Assembly (NCBI GenBank): GCA_964404025.1
Contig: CAYOIJ010000005.1
Location: 1 to 63,228, forward strand
Length of the DNA stretch: 63,228 nucleotides
From: an uncultured Pseudomonadales bacterium
Lineage (GTDB): Bacteria > Patescibacteriota > Microgenomatia > UBA1400 > PJMF01
Reading direction: 5' to 3'
In this document: positions 55,460 to 63,166 of the stretch, piece by piece
How the letters are laid out: each line of letters starts with the position of its first letter
How positions within the stretch are numbered: the stretch's first letter is position 1
Notes under the pieces: generated by a model
Told to the model about the DNA's origin: nothing
Database searches by the model: none
What the model saw: the letters and a program-made list of their open reading frames with translations, nothing else
Position numbers and translations under genes: made by a program

Positions 55460-55597
55460 TTAAATTATTTTAATTGGTTCTGGACTATCTGTGTAGGTAG
55501 CTACAGTATCATCAAAAACTATTTGCGCAATAAAATCAACAAAAGAATCTGGCGAAGCTTGTTCTGCTACAAAATTTGTTTCTTTTGGCTTTGGCAT
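55460..55597 (-). CDS. 45-aa acidic peptide (not in ORF track)
   Basis: MPKPKETNFVAEQASPDSFVDFIAQIVFDDTVATYTDSPEPIKII. Confidence 0.35.
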   Translation of the reverse strand: MPKPKETNFVAEQASPDSFVDFIAQIVFDDTVATYTDSPEPIKII

Positions 55598-55660
55598 AAA
55601 TATTCTACAAAATATATCAAAATATCTTGATGTAGGGCGGGAAGGATGTTAGAACTTGAT

Positions 55661-56110
55661 TTATGTCTTCACAAATACATTTATTGTGACTCTGTGTAGA
55701 TCACCTATAGTTTCACTTTCCTCTGGGTTTGTATTTAAATTTTTGGAAAATGGTTCTATAGTCATTTCTTCAATATTCGCTCCTCCACCCAAAAGCATTC
55801 TTGTAATTTTTAAGCTTTTATAAAGAGATTCATTCCTAAATATCATTTTTTTACCCACTCTCTCAACGTACTGAAGAATCCCTTGTTTAATCAAAGTTCT
55901 TCTGGTTTCTGGCTCAATAATCGCCTGGAATTTAATTAACTGTCCAGTTCCTATAGCTTTAATAAAAGCTTCAACTAATTTTTTTCCCTGTCCGCATTGA
56001 TGTGACTCAAGCTCTTCAACGACATAACACTTATTTTTTTTATCATAATAATACTGAAGATCAGCCTGCTCAATCATAAAAATTAATGGGTAACCTTCTC
56101 TTTCAATCAT
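55661..56110 (-). CDS. Hypothetical protein between the repeats
   Basis: 149 aa; TG-c-TAAAAT 6 nt before ATG. Confidence 0.6.
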   Translation of the reverse strand: MIEREGYPLIFMIEQADLQYYYDKKNKCYVVEELESHQCGQGKKLVEAFIKAIGTGQLIKFQAIIEPETRRTLIKQGILQYVERVGKKMIFRNESLYKSLKITRMLLGGGANIEEMTIEPFSKNLNTNPEESETIGDLHRVTINVFVKT

Positions 56111-56335
56111 TGAAGTATTTTAGCAGAGTCTAAAAGTGATTAATATTTTTTATTGGAGTCTTGAAAAAATGATTATACCAAAATTTATATTTGCAGGGCG
56201 GGAAGGAATCTACGACTCGCCTATTTATATTTTCTGTAGGTTGGCTCGCATGCACTAGGCGGGTGACTCGCTTTACTCGCCACTCGCCGGCGGAACCCAG
56301 CGCTACGCATAGGCTTGATCATTCTCCACCACACA

Positions 56336-56376
56336 AAATATAAAAAAATCCAGCTCTGCTGGAATTTTTTATATTT
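56336..56376. terminator. Long bidirectional hairpin
   Basis: AAATATAAAAAAATCCAGC-TCT-GCTGGAATTTTTTATATTT, 18 of 19 positions pair. Confidence 0.75.
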
Positions 56377-56483
56377 GCAGGGAGCAATGGAAGCTATTCG
56401 AACCTATTATCTAGAAGGTAATCTCTTTCCAGTTCTTGATCTAAATAGAAAGTAATATAAAAAGTAAAAAGAAAGGAATCCAA

Positions 56484-56840
56484 ATGGGATACGATTTAAC
56501 AAACAATAGAGGGGAAGATTTCCGCTTTAGTATATATGGATGGTCTCAAATCCAAAGACTTGCTATAAAGTACGGTTGGGAGCCGTTAGGAACAGAGCCC
56601 CCAGAACATTATAAAGAAAAAGATAAGAAAGAATGGTCGGGTAATTATAATACAAATGATTGGCAATATGTAACAAAAGAAGATTCAAAAAATATGGCAA
56701 AAGCTTTAACATTTGCTTATTATGATCTACCAAAAATGGAGATAGAACCAGATCCAGTTATATTTTTTTCTGGAGATTCAAGAAATACAATAAAAGAATT
56801 TATAGAGTTTATTAAAGACGCTGGTTTTTGTATATCGTAA
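56484..56840 (+). CDS. Conserved-looking hypothetical protein
   Basis: SD AAGGA; MGYDL...YGWEPLGT...YNTND. Confidence 0.65.
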   Translation: MGYDLTNNRGEDFRFSIYGWSQIQRLAIKYGWEPLGTEPPEHYKEKDKKEWSGNYNTNDWQYVTKEDSKNMAKALTFAYYDLPKMEIEPDPVIFFSGDSRNTIKEFIEFIKDAGFCIS

Positions 56841-56925
56841 TTATAAAAATATCTGGAATTCAAATCATTTCTATTAAGGTAAATGATAGACATTGCTTTC
56901 GCTATTTTAAAGACATAGCAACTCT

Positions 56926-57768
56926 TTAAAAAACCATTTTGGCAATTTCAGTTTCATCTAAAGAATATCCTTGTAATCTTTTAGATTTCCTTAAAAAACC
57001 TGAATTAAATAACATATCACCCTGTCCTAGCAATTTTTCTGCTCCATATTCATCAAGTATTATTTTAGACATCTTTTTATCAGGTAATTTAAATGCAATT
57101 CTTCCATATATATTTGCCTTTATTAATCCCGGAACTGTAACTGTTGTTGGTCTTTGAGTCATTAACATAAAATAGATGCCAGTTGCTTTTGCCATCATTG
57201 ATATTGAAGTAATTTGACTATCAATATTTTTATCAAAATTTATAACGTCAGCCAATTCCGTGATAATAATCAAAATTGCTGGTATTTTATTGTCAGGATT
57301 ATTTTCATTATAATCACCAAAATTTCTAAAATTTCTTACTTCATTTGGTTTGTAAAGATTTAATAATCTCTTTTCTGATTCTTTTCTCGCCCATTCTAGT
57401 GATTTCTTTGCCTCTTTAGCCTCTTTGATTATTGGAAATAATAGGTATTTATCAATATTTTTAAAATCGAAAAACGATATATTAAGAGTGTCGATTAAAA
57501 TAAATTTTAAGTCTTCTGGTTCATTAAACTTTAATAATGTTGCTAATGCGACTCTCCGAAACATACCTACTCCAGAGAGAGTTTCTCCAGCAACAATGAG
57601 ATGAGAACAATCTCCTAAGTTTAAAATATGGTCTTGATTATTTTTATTCCGTCCGAGAGGTATTTGAAGGTTTTTTTCTATTTCGCCAGTTTCAAACTTA
57701 CGCCATAATCCTTTTACAGGAATATCAGCCAAATATTCTCTTTTCTTATTTACGTCTACTTTTGGCAT
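56926..57768 (-). CDS. Stand-alone FtsK/SpoIIIE-like domain with degenerate Walker A
   Basis: IPLGR, HLIVAGETLSGVG, LKFILID, ITELAD, TQRP, GAEKLLGQGDML. Confidence 0.85.
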   Translation of the reverse strand: MPKVDVNKKREYLADIPVKGLWRKFETGEIEKNLQIPLGRNKNNQDHILNLGDCSHLIVAGETLSGVGMFRRVALATLLKFNEPEDLKFILIDTLNISFFDFKNIDKYLLFPIIKEAKEAKKSLEWARKESEKRLLNLYKPNEVRNFRNFGDYNENNPDNKIPAILIIITELADVINFDKNIDSQITSISMMAKATGIYFMLMTQRPTTVTVPGLIKANIYGRIAFKLPDKKMSKIILDEYGAEKLLGQGDMLFNSGFLRKSKRLQGYSLDETEIAKMVF

Positions 57769-57897
57769 ATTCTAGTACATTATCAATTCAGATATAATTA
57801 GTTTATTAATTATTTTGACGAGTAACTAAAGATCAATATAAACAGATTAGGTAAAAATCACAAGCAGAAAGAGATAAAATAAAACAAAAAACTATTT

Positions 57898-58494
57898 ATG
57901 ACAAAAGTTCCCTACCTAAGCCTCAACAACCAGAAAAAGACCTTTACATTCAACGCCGGTGACAATAAATTACTTCAATACTTATCTGAGGATGATGCTT
58001 TATTTGTTAGTTTGTCTATTTATGAGAACATCTCTATTTGTTTTGCTAAAAATGAATTAATTGATAAAGAAATAATTGAGCAACTTGTTTTTATTGGTGA
58101 ACAATATGCTTTTGAAAGATTGAAAAAGGGCATAGAAATGAGACAGCACACCATGGAGTACTTATTAAGTTATTTAAAGAGATTAGATTTGCCAAGAGAT
58201 AGAGCCTTTATAAACAAAATTAATTTCCAATTTAGAGGCATAAATATAATCATGAGCGACTTAACATTATCCGAAAAACATAAAAATAATGAAATAGAAC
58301 GGCTATTAAAAAAATTTGACGCCTCACTTGAGATAAAGAGAGATAAAGCTAATATCTTATGTCATGTTTACATCATCGAATTTTTATTTTTAATGTTTGA
58401 ATTACGCATCAATTTAAAACCAAAATTCGGTATCAAGCTTCACAGAAAAACTCCGCCACCATATGGCAAATTGTTTAGAATTTGGAAGTTCTAA
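57898..58494 (+). CDS. Hypothetical protein
   Basis: 198-aa ORF, no motif recognised. Confidence 0.55.
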   Translation: MTKVPYLSLNNQKKTFTFNAGDNKLLQYLSEDDALFVSLSIYENISICFAKNELIDKEIIEQLVFIGEQYAFERLKKGIEMRQHTMEYLLSYLKRLDLPRDRAFINKINFQFRGINIIMSDLTLSEKHKNNEIERLLKKFDASLEIKRDKANILCHVYIIEFLFLMFELRINLKPKFGIKLHRKTPPPYGKLFRIWKF

Positions 58495-58537
58495 TATTTT
58501 TTAAATATAAACCTGTCAAAGTTGTATAATGAAAAAT

Positions 58538-60058
58538 ATGACCAATCAACCTATTTCCTCATTACAATTGTTAAAAGAATATCAAGCAAGCGATTTAAAC
58601 TACGAGCTCCCAGTTGTCCTAGGAAAAAATGCAGAGGGAAAAGCGGTATTTGCCGATTTAGTTGAGCTAGAACATATTTTAATGGCTGGCGCAACTGGTT
58701 CTGGAAAATCAACTTTTGAACTTAGCATTATCGCAACTTTCACTAAACTTTTCTCCCCCACTCAGCTTAAGTTTTTTCTAGTGGATATGAAAAGAGTGGA
58801 ACTTACTCTTTTAACAAATTCCGCTCATTTATTAGCCCCAGTTGCTGTTAGCTATAACGGTGTTTTTAAACATCTTGAATGGATTAAAAAAGAAAAAAAT
58901 AATCGACTAAAAAGTAATAAACTTGGATTAGAGACACTTCCTTACATCATTGTTGTTATTGACACTTTTTCTGATTTAATACTTCATAATTCAGCAGAAT
59001 TTCAAAAACAAATTACAGAAACAACAAAAAACGCAGCAAAAGTAAAAATTCATTTTATAATGTCCGATTCAAGATGTTGTCCTGTTAACTATACACCTTC
59101 TATCAAAGCTTCTTTTCCTACTAAAATATGCTTTAATACTGCTTCTGTAGTTGATTCAAAAACACTTATTGGTGTTGGGGATGCCGTCAATCTAAAAGGA
59201 AAAGGCGATATGTTGCTACTCTACCCCAAAAAAAAGCAAACGATAAGGCTACAAGCGCCGTTTATTTCCAGACAAGAAATTTATACCATAGCCAATCAAG
59301 CTATTTCTTTATCTAAATTATTAAAAGAATACGAAGTAAGCAATTTAAACTACGAGCTCCCCATTGTCTTAGGAAAAAATACAGAGGGAAAAACTATATT
59401 TGCTGATTTATTTGAGCTAAAACACATTTTAATGGCTGGACAAACTGGCTCTGGAAAATCAGTTTTTCTTCAACAACTGATCTGGACATTAGTTCCAAAA
59501 TTTCCCCCAGATAAGCTAGAACTTCTTTTAATTGACATGAAAGTAGTAGAATTTAGTCGATATAAAAAATTACCTCATTTAATTACAAATCCCATTACAA
59601 ATAGTGGATTGGCTGTTGAGTGGCTTACAAAGATACTTGATAAGAAAAAAAGAAGCAAAACAAAAAAACGCAATACCGTTATCTTTATTGATACATTTTC
59701 AGACATTATGTACTCTGATTATGGCGAAGAGTTTACTAAATTAGTAAATGAAATAATTCTAAAGGGTTCGAGCTTGGGAATTTATCTTTTAATGTGTGAC
59801 TCTAGAGTGAGTAAAGAAGTATTTGATAAATCATTTACTTCAGGGTTTAAAACCAAAATATGTTTTAAGGTAATGGATGAAGAAGCTTCAATTAGAATTA
59901 TTAATTCTAGTGCTGGAATAGATCTTTTAGGAAAAGGCGACATGCTGTTATTAATGGAAAATCATAAAGACCTCATTAGACTTCAAGCTCCATGGATTTC
60001 CTCTGAAGAGATTAAAGAGATTATGGAAAAAATTCATAATTATGAACATTTATCTTGA
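58538..60058 (+). CDS. Protein of two tandem FtsK ATPase domains, no TM or gamma domain
   Basis: AGATGSGKS and AGQTGSGKS; LVDMKRVEL and LIDMKVVEF; two GKGDML motifs; 750-bp period. Confidence 0.88.
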   Translation: MTNQPISSLQLLKEYQASDLNYELPVVLGKNAEGKAVFADLVELEHILMAGATGSGKSTFELSIIATFTKLFSPTQLKFFLVDMKRVELTLLTNSAHLLAPVAVSYNGVFKHLEWIKKEKNNRLKSNKLGLETLPYIIVVIDTFSDLILHNSAEFQKQITETTKNAAKVKIHFIMSDSRCCPVNYTPSIKASFPTKICFNTASVVDSKTLIGVGDAVNLKGKGDMLLLYPKKKQTIRLQAPFISRQEIYTIANQAISLSKLLKEYEVSNLNYELPIVLGKNTEGKTIFADLFELKHILMAGQTGSGKSVFLQQLIWTLVPKFPPDKLELLLIDMKVVEFSRYKKLPHLITNPITNSGLAVEWLTKILDKKKRSKTKKRNTVIFIDTFSDIMYSDYGEEFTKLVNEIILKGSSLGIYLLMCDSRVSKEVFDKSFTSGFKTKICFKVMDEEASIRIINSSAGIDLLGKGDMLLLMENHKDLIRLQAPWISSEEIKEIMEKIHNYEHLS

Positions 60059-60461
60059 TATTGACGGCGTAATTTTAACTAAAAACCAACAACCAGCCCC
60101 ACATCTTGAAAAATTTTTGTCTTATTTAACTAAACACCACCCCACCCATTGGCTGACTACCCACTGTAAAGGAGATGCAAATCACACCATTAATTATCTC
60201 AGTCAGTTTCTAGATACCGAAACAGTCCAGATCTTAGAGAGAGTTCAAGCTACTAATTGGCAAACAGCTAAAACGGAAGCAATTGATTTCAGCAAGCCAT
60301 TTTTATGGTTTGATGATCAAATCTTTGACTTTGAAAAACAAGTCTTAATAAAACACCAATGTTTAGATTCCTTTGTAAAAGTAGATTTAAGAAACAAGCC
60401 TAATCAGCTCAAAACTATTTTATCTAGATTAATTCCTCAAGAGCCGCTCCATAATACCTAA
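60042..60461 (+). CDS. Minimal HAD-fold protein (RNA-repair 'Swiss army knife'-like)
   Basis: IYLDIDGVI, WLTT, KTEAI, LWFDD; overlaps the FtsK stop. Confidence 0.7.
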   Translation: MNIYLDIDGVILTKNQQPAPHLEKFLSYLTKHHPTHWLTTHCKGDANHTINYLSQFLDTETVQILERVQATNWQTAKTEAIDFSKPFLWFDDQIFDFEKQVLIKHQCLDSFVKVDLRNKPNQLKTILSRLIPQEPLHNT

Positions 60462-60987
60462 AATTATCCCAGTTCATAACAAAATATACATGATTTATTT
60501 CAGGATGAGTTGTTAAAAATGAGACAACAGTCTTCATTGCAATTCTGCAAGCTTTGATTACTGGAAAACCAAAGATACCGGTTGAGATGCTAGGGAAAGC
60601 AAGCGTTTTTATCTTGTGTTTAACTGCAAGCTCAAGACAACTTTGGTAGCTTTGAGCCAATAGTTCTTCTTCCTGGTTGTCTCCGCCAGTCCAAATGGGG
60701 CTAACTGTATGAATTATATGTTTAACAGGCGAATTATATCCCTTAGTAAGCTTAGCTTGCCCTGTTTCACAACCATTCAACTGCAAACATTCTTGTTCTA
60801 ATTCAATACCAGCTGCAGCATGAATTGCTCCACTTAGACCTCCACCAGGAGCAAGTTCGCTATTGGCAGAATTCACAATCGCATCAACTTTTAACAAACT
60901 TTGTTGATTGTCTTTGACAACTTTTAAAGTAACAATATCCCCCATACAAACCGTAATCCGATTTTTAACATTAGCTGTAATTGTCAT
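60424..60987 (-). CDS. Macrodomain (O-acetyl-ADP-ribose deacetylase/ADP-ribosylhydrolase, YmdB-like)
   Basis: GDI, VDAIVNSAN, GGGLSGAIH, IHTV, AFPSISTGIFGFP. Confidence 0.93.
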   Translation of the reverse strand: MTITANVKNRITVCMGDIVTLKVVKDNQQSLLKVDAIVNSANSELAPGGGLSGAIHAAAGIELEQECLQLNGCETGQAKLTKGYNSPVKHIIHTVSPIWTGGDNQEEELLAQSYQSCLELAVKHKIKTLAFPSISTGIFGFPVIKACRIAMKTVVSFLTTHPEINHVYFVMNWDNFRYYGAALEELI

Positions 60988-61089
60988 TGATAAGTAATTA
61001 TATATAAATAAATTAAAATATATCTAGTACAAAAGCTAAACAATAAAAAAATCTTGATAAGAATAGTTTAGAGGTGTATAACAAAATCT

Positions 61090-61227
61090 ATGGCAAAACA
61101 GAAAACACAAGTCAACTTAGTAGACCTGAAGAAGGAGCTGAAGGGCAAGGAGTGGAACGAGATGCCCAAAGAAGAACGAGTCAAGCTCTGTCAAAAACTG
61201 GTGGACAAAATGTTTCCCAAGCAATAA
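61090..61227 (+). CDS. 45-aa basic peptide (not in ORF track)
   Basis: MAKQKTQVNLVDLKKELKGKEWNEMPKEERVKLCQKLVDKMFPKQ; GAGGTG upstream; hairpin at 61245-61273 downstream. Confidence 0.55.
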   Translation: MAKQKTQVNLVDLKKELKGKEWNEMPKEERVKLCQKLVDKMFPKQ

Positions 61228-61347
61228 ATTTTTCCAAATGATAAAGCAAAATCCAGTTAGTACTGGCTTTGCTGTGTCCTGATAAATAAAGCTTATTAGC
61301 GGTAAAAATAATCTAATCACCAATGCTATAATTTTATTAAATCAATC

Positions 61348-61707
61348 ATGCTGTTTAACCGCGGAGCCATTATTTTGGAAACACAAAGCCGTTATTTTCG
61401 GCTGCGAGCGAGGTTTTGGAGCATCTACACCATCATTTTGAACCTCTTTGATCCAGCTCCACCACTCAAAAAAAATGAAAGTATCCCCACTTATATCTTA
61501 AGACTCAATAAACGCCAGGCACTAAGACAATTAAATTTCTCCATTGGCATTATCCATTCATATGACATCGGTGGCATCAATTACATGCTTGGTAGAAAAG
61601 ATTTATCTAAAGAAGGCAGAGAGTTTTTTGAGTACTTAAAAGAACAAAGCGAATTGAAAAAATTGTATATTTATTTAAGAGAACAGATTAGAAATAGTGG
61701 AAATTAA
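61348..61707 (+). CDS. Hypothetical protein
   Basis: 119-aa ORF; TG-c-TATAAT upstream. Confidence 0.4.
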   Translation: MLFNRGAIILETQSRYFRLRARFWSIYTIILNLFDPAPPLKKNESIPTYILRLNKRQALRQLNFSIGIIHSYDIGGINYMLGRKDLSKEGREFFEYLKEQSELKKLYIYLREQIRNSGN

Positions 61708-61964
61708 GAATTAGATAAACGATCCATAAATTTTTTAAATAAGGAGAATTTAGATTTCTTGTGATCTTTTCTTTGTTTTTTTTGTTCCATTTTGTATGAA
61801 TAATCATAAAGAGGACTGCCATTTTCCCAAACCTTGACAATAGGAAGCCTACTGCCATCTTTTCTTTGAAAATAATTGCCAACATCTTCAATTATTTCAT
61901 CTTCATACTTCCAATATTTAGGAGGCACATCATAGTCTATTTTTGGATTTGTTTCTTTAATCAT
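61704..61964 (-). CDS. Hypothetical protein
   Basis: SD AAGGA; 86 aa. Confidence 0.5.
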   Translation of the reverse strand: MIKETNPKIDYDVPPKYWKYEDEIIEDVGNYFQRKDGSRLPIVKVWENGSPLYDYSYKMEQKKQRKDHKKSKFSLFKKFMDRLSNS

Positions 61965-61974
61965 AAAGTTCCTT

Positions 61975-62580
61975 TTATTTCTTTTTGCTTTTTTTATTAA
62001 TTAAAAAACGATAATCTTCTAACAATATTTTTAATTCTTTAACTATTGAGTTTTTTAGTCTTTTTTCTATAATTTTCGTCACTTCTGTATGAAACCAGAG
62101 TTTTTTCTCTTTACTTGTGTTAAAAGCTTTCCAAATTTCTTCCCCCTTTACTTGATAAGCGTCAATAGTTGATTGCATATTATGAATTTTATCTGCTGCA
62201 CAAACCATTAAAGAGCCTTTTGAATCTTCCTCTAAGTTTTTAAGATATTTCTTTTTGCGCTCAATCCATGTCCTTTTTTCTTCAGCTTTAGACATTGAGG
62301 CATCCTTTTCTTCTGAAACTCCTTCAACTATTTCCACCACTCTTGGGCTAAAATCTTTTTTCATTTGTTTTTTTGAGTATATTTTTTCAGAAACATCTTC
62401 TAAAACATCATGGAGTAAAGCAGCGCAAATAATATCCTCATCATTTGTATACTGAGCTACAATCATGGCTACTGCAAAAGGATGGGATATATAAGGTGTA
62501 CCATCACCTTTACGAATCATATTTTTATGACACACAGCGGCCACTTGAATGGCCTTATTAATTTTGGGTGTAAATTTCAT
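61975..62580 (-). CDS. Small alarmone hydrolase-like HD protein (RelA/SpoT HD, Mesh1-like)
   Basis: H..RK.DGTPYISHP, AALLHDVLED, V..ADKIHN. Confidence 0.88.
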   Translation of the reverse strand: MKFTPKINKAIQVAAVCHKNMIRKGDGTPYISHPFAVAMIVAQYTNDEDIICAALLHDVLEDVSEKIYSKKQMKKDFSPRVVEIVEGVSEEKDASMSKAEEKRTWIERKKKYLKNLEEDSKGSLMVCAADKIHNMQSTIDAYQVKGEEIWKAFNTSKEKKLWFHTEVTKIIEKRLKNSIVKELKILLEDYRFLINKKSKKK

Positions 62581-62638
62581 AATAGGAGTTTTTTAAAAAC
62601 CTTTCTTTAAAATAAATCTTAAACACTACATAAATTTT

Positions 62639-63166
62639 CTATCTTGATTGCTGGTTTCTAGCTTTTTTTTCAAAATAATCTTTTACCACTTTGCTATTAC
62701 AGTCTGGATCATTTTTGACAGATTCAAATAAACCATCTGCTGTTAAATTATTAAAATTATTTTCATGGCATATTTTTTCAAGATATTCTTTAAAATAAAT
62801 ATCCCAAGATAGAATTTCTTGAATTGTAAAAACAATTGGATTTTTAGATTTTTTGGATTCTCTTTCGGCAAAAATTAAAATATTAATTGGATGTGAACCA
62901 TAAATACAAATCTGATCAAGCATTTTGGGAGCAATCTTTTTCCATTCGTCAAAGTCAGAACGAAAATGAGTATATATAACCTGATTTATTAGATTAAGTT
63001 CATATTGGCAAAGAATAAAATTTTTAAGATTTAGAAAATTCAATTTATCTTCATCTTTAAATAATGAGCTATATATTCTTCCACATAGGTGATCTCCAAT
63101 ATTCAATGATTTAAAATGTTCCAAGTCTTTTAAATATTGTTCTGAAAAATAGTCTTGTGGTTGCAT
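62639..63166 (-). CDS. Hypothetical protein
   Basis: 175-aa AT-rich ORF. Confidence 0.55.
   Translation of the reverse strand: MQPQDYFSEQYLKDLEHFKSLNIGDHLCGRIYSSLFKDEDKLNFLNLKNFILCQYELNLINQVIYTHFRSDFDEWKKIAPKMLDQICIYGSHPINILIFAERESKKSKNPIVFTIQEILSWDIYFKEYLEKICHENNFNNLTADGLFESVKNDPDCNSKVVKDYFEKKARNQQSR

Larger units (their letters stand above)
55631..56382 (-). repeat. Three tRNA-3'-end-like (att-like) direct repeats at 55631, 56192 and 56376
   Basis: TGTAGGGCGGGAAGGA (55631-55646), TGCAGGGCGGGAAGGAATC (56192-56210), TGCAGGGAGCAATGGAA (56376-56392); TTTATATTTGCAGGG is exact at 56184 and 56368. Confidence 0.7.

Noticed and set aside
55631-56405. Intact tRNA, integron attC or CRISPR at the island edge
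   Set aside because: Only T-arm/acceptor 3' fragments with no D or anticodon arm; no RYYYAAC/GTTRRRY cores; repeats too few and irregular
56926-60058. Type VII secretion system or chromosomal ftsK
   Set aside because: No TM or gamma domains and no WXG100 or Ess/Ecc partners in the window
1682-62455. Short ORF-track entries antisense to or nested in well-supported genes (e.g. 1682, 2044, 5393, 8512, 8714, 14199, 20421, 23017, 26884, 27108, 28380, 30193, 34865, 36129, 44003, 45361, 46658, 54037, 56939, 61117, 62255)
   Set aside because: Shadow frames of real genes with no motifs or initiation signals
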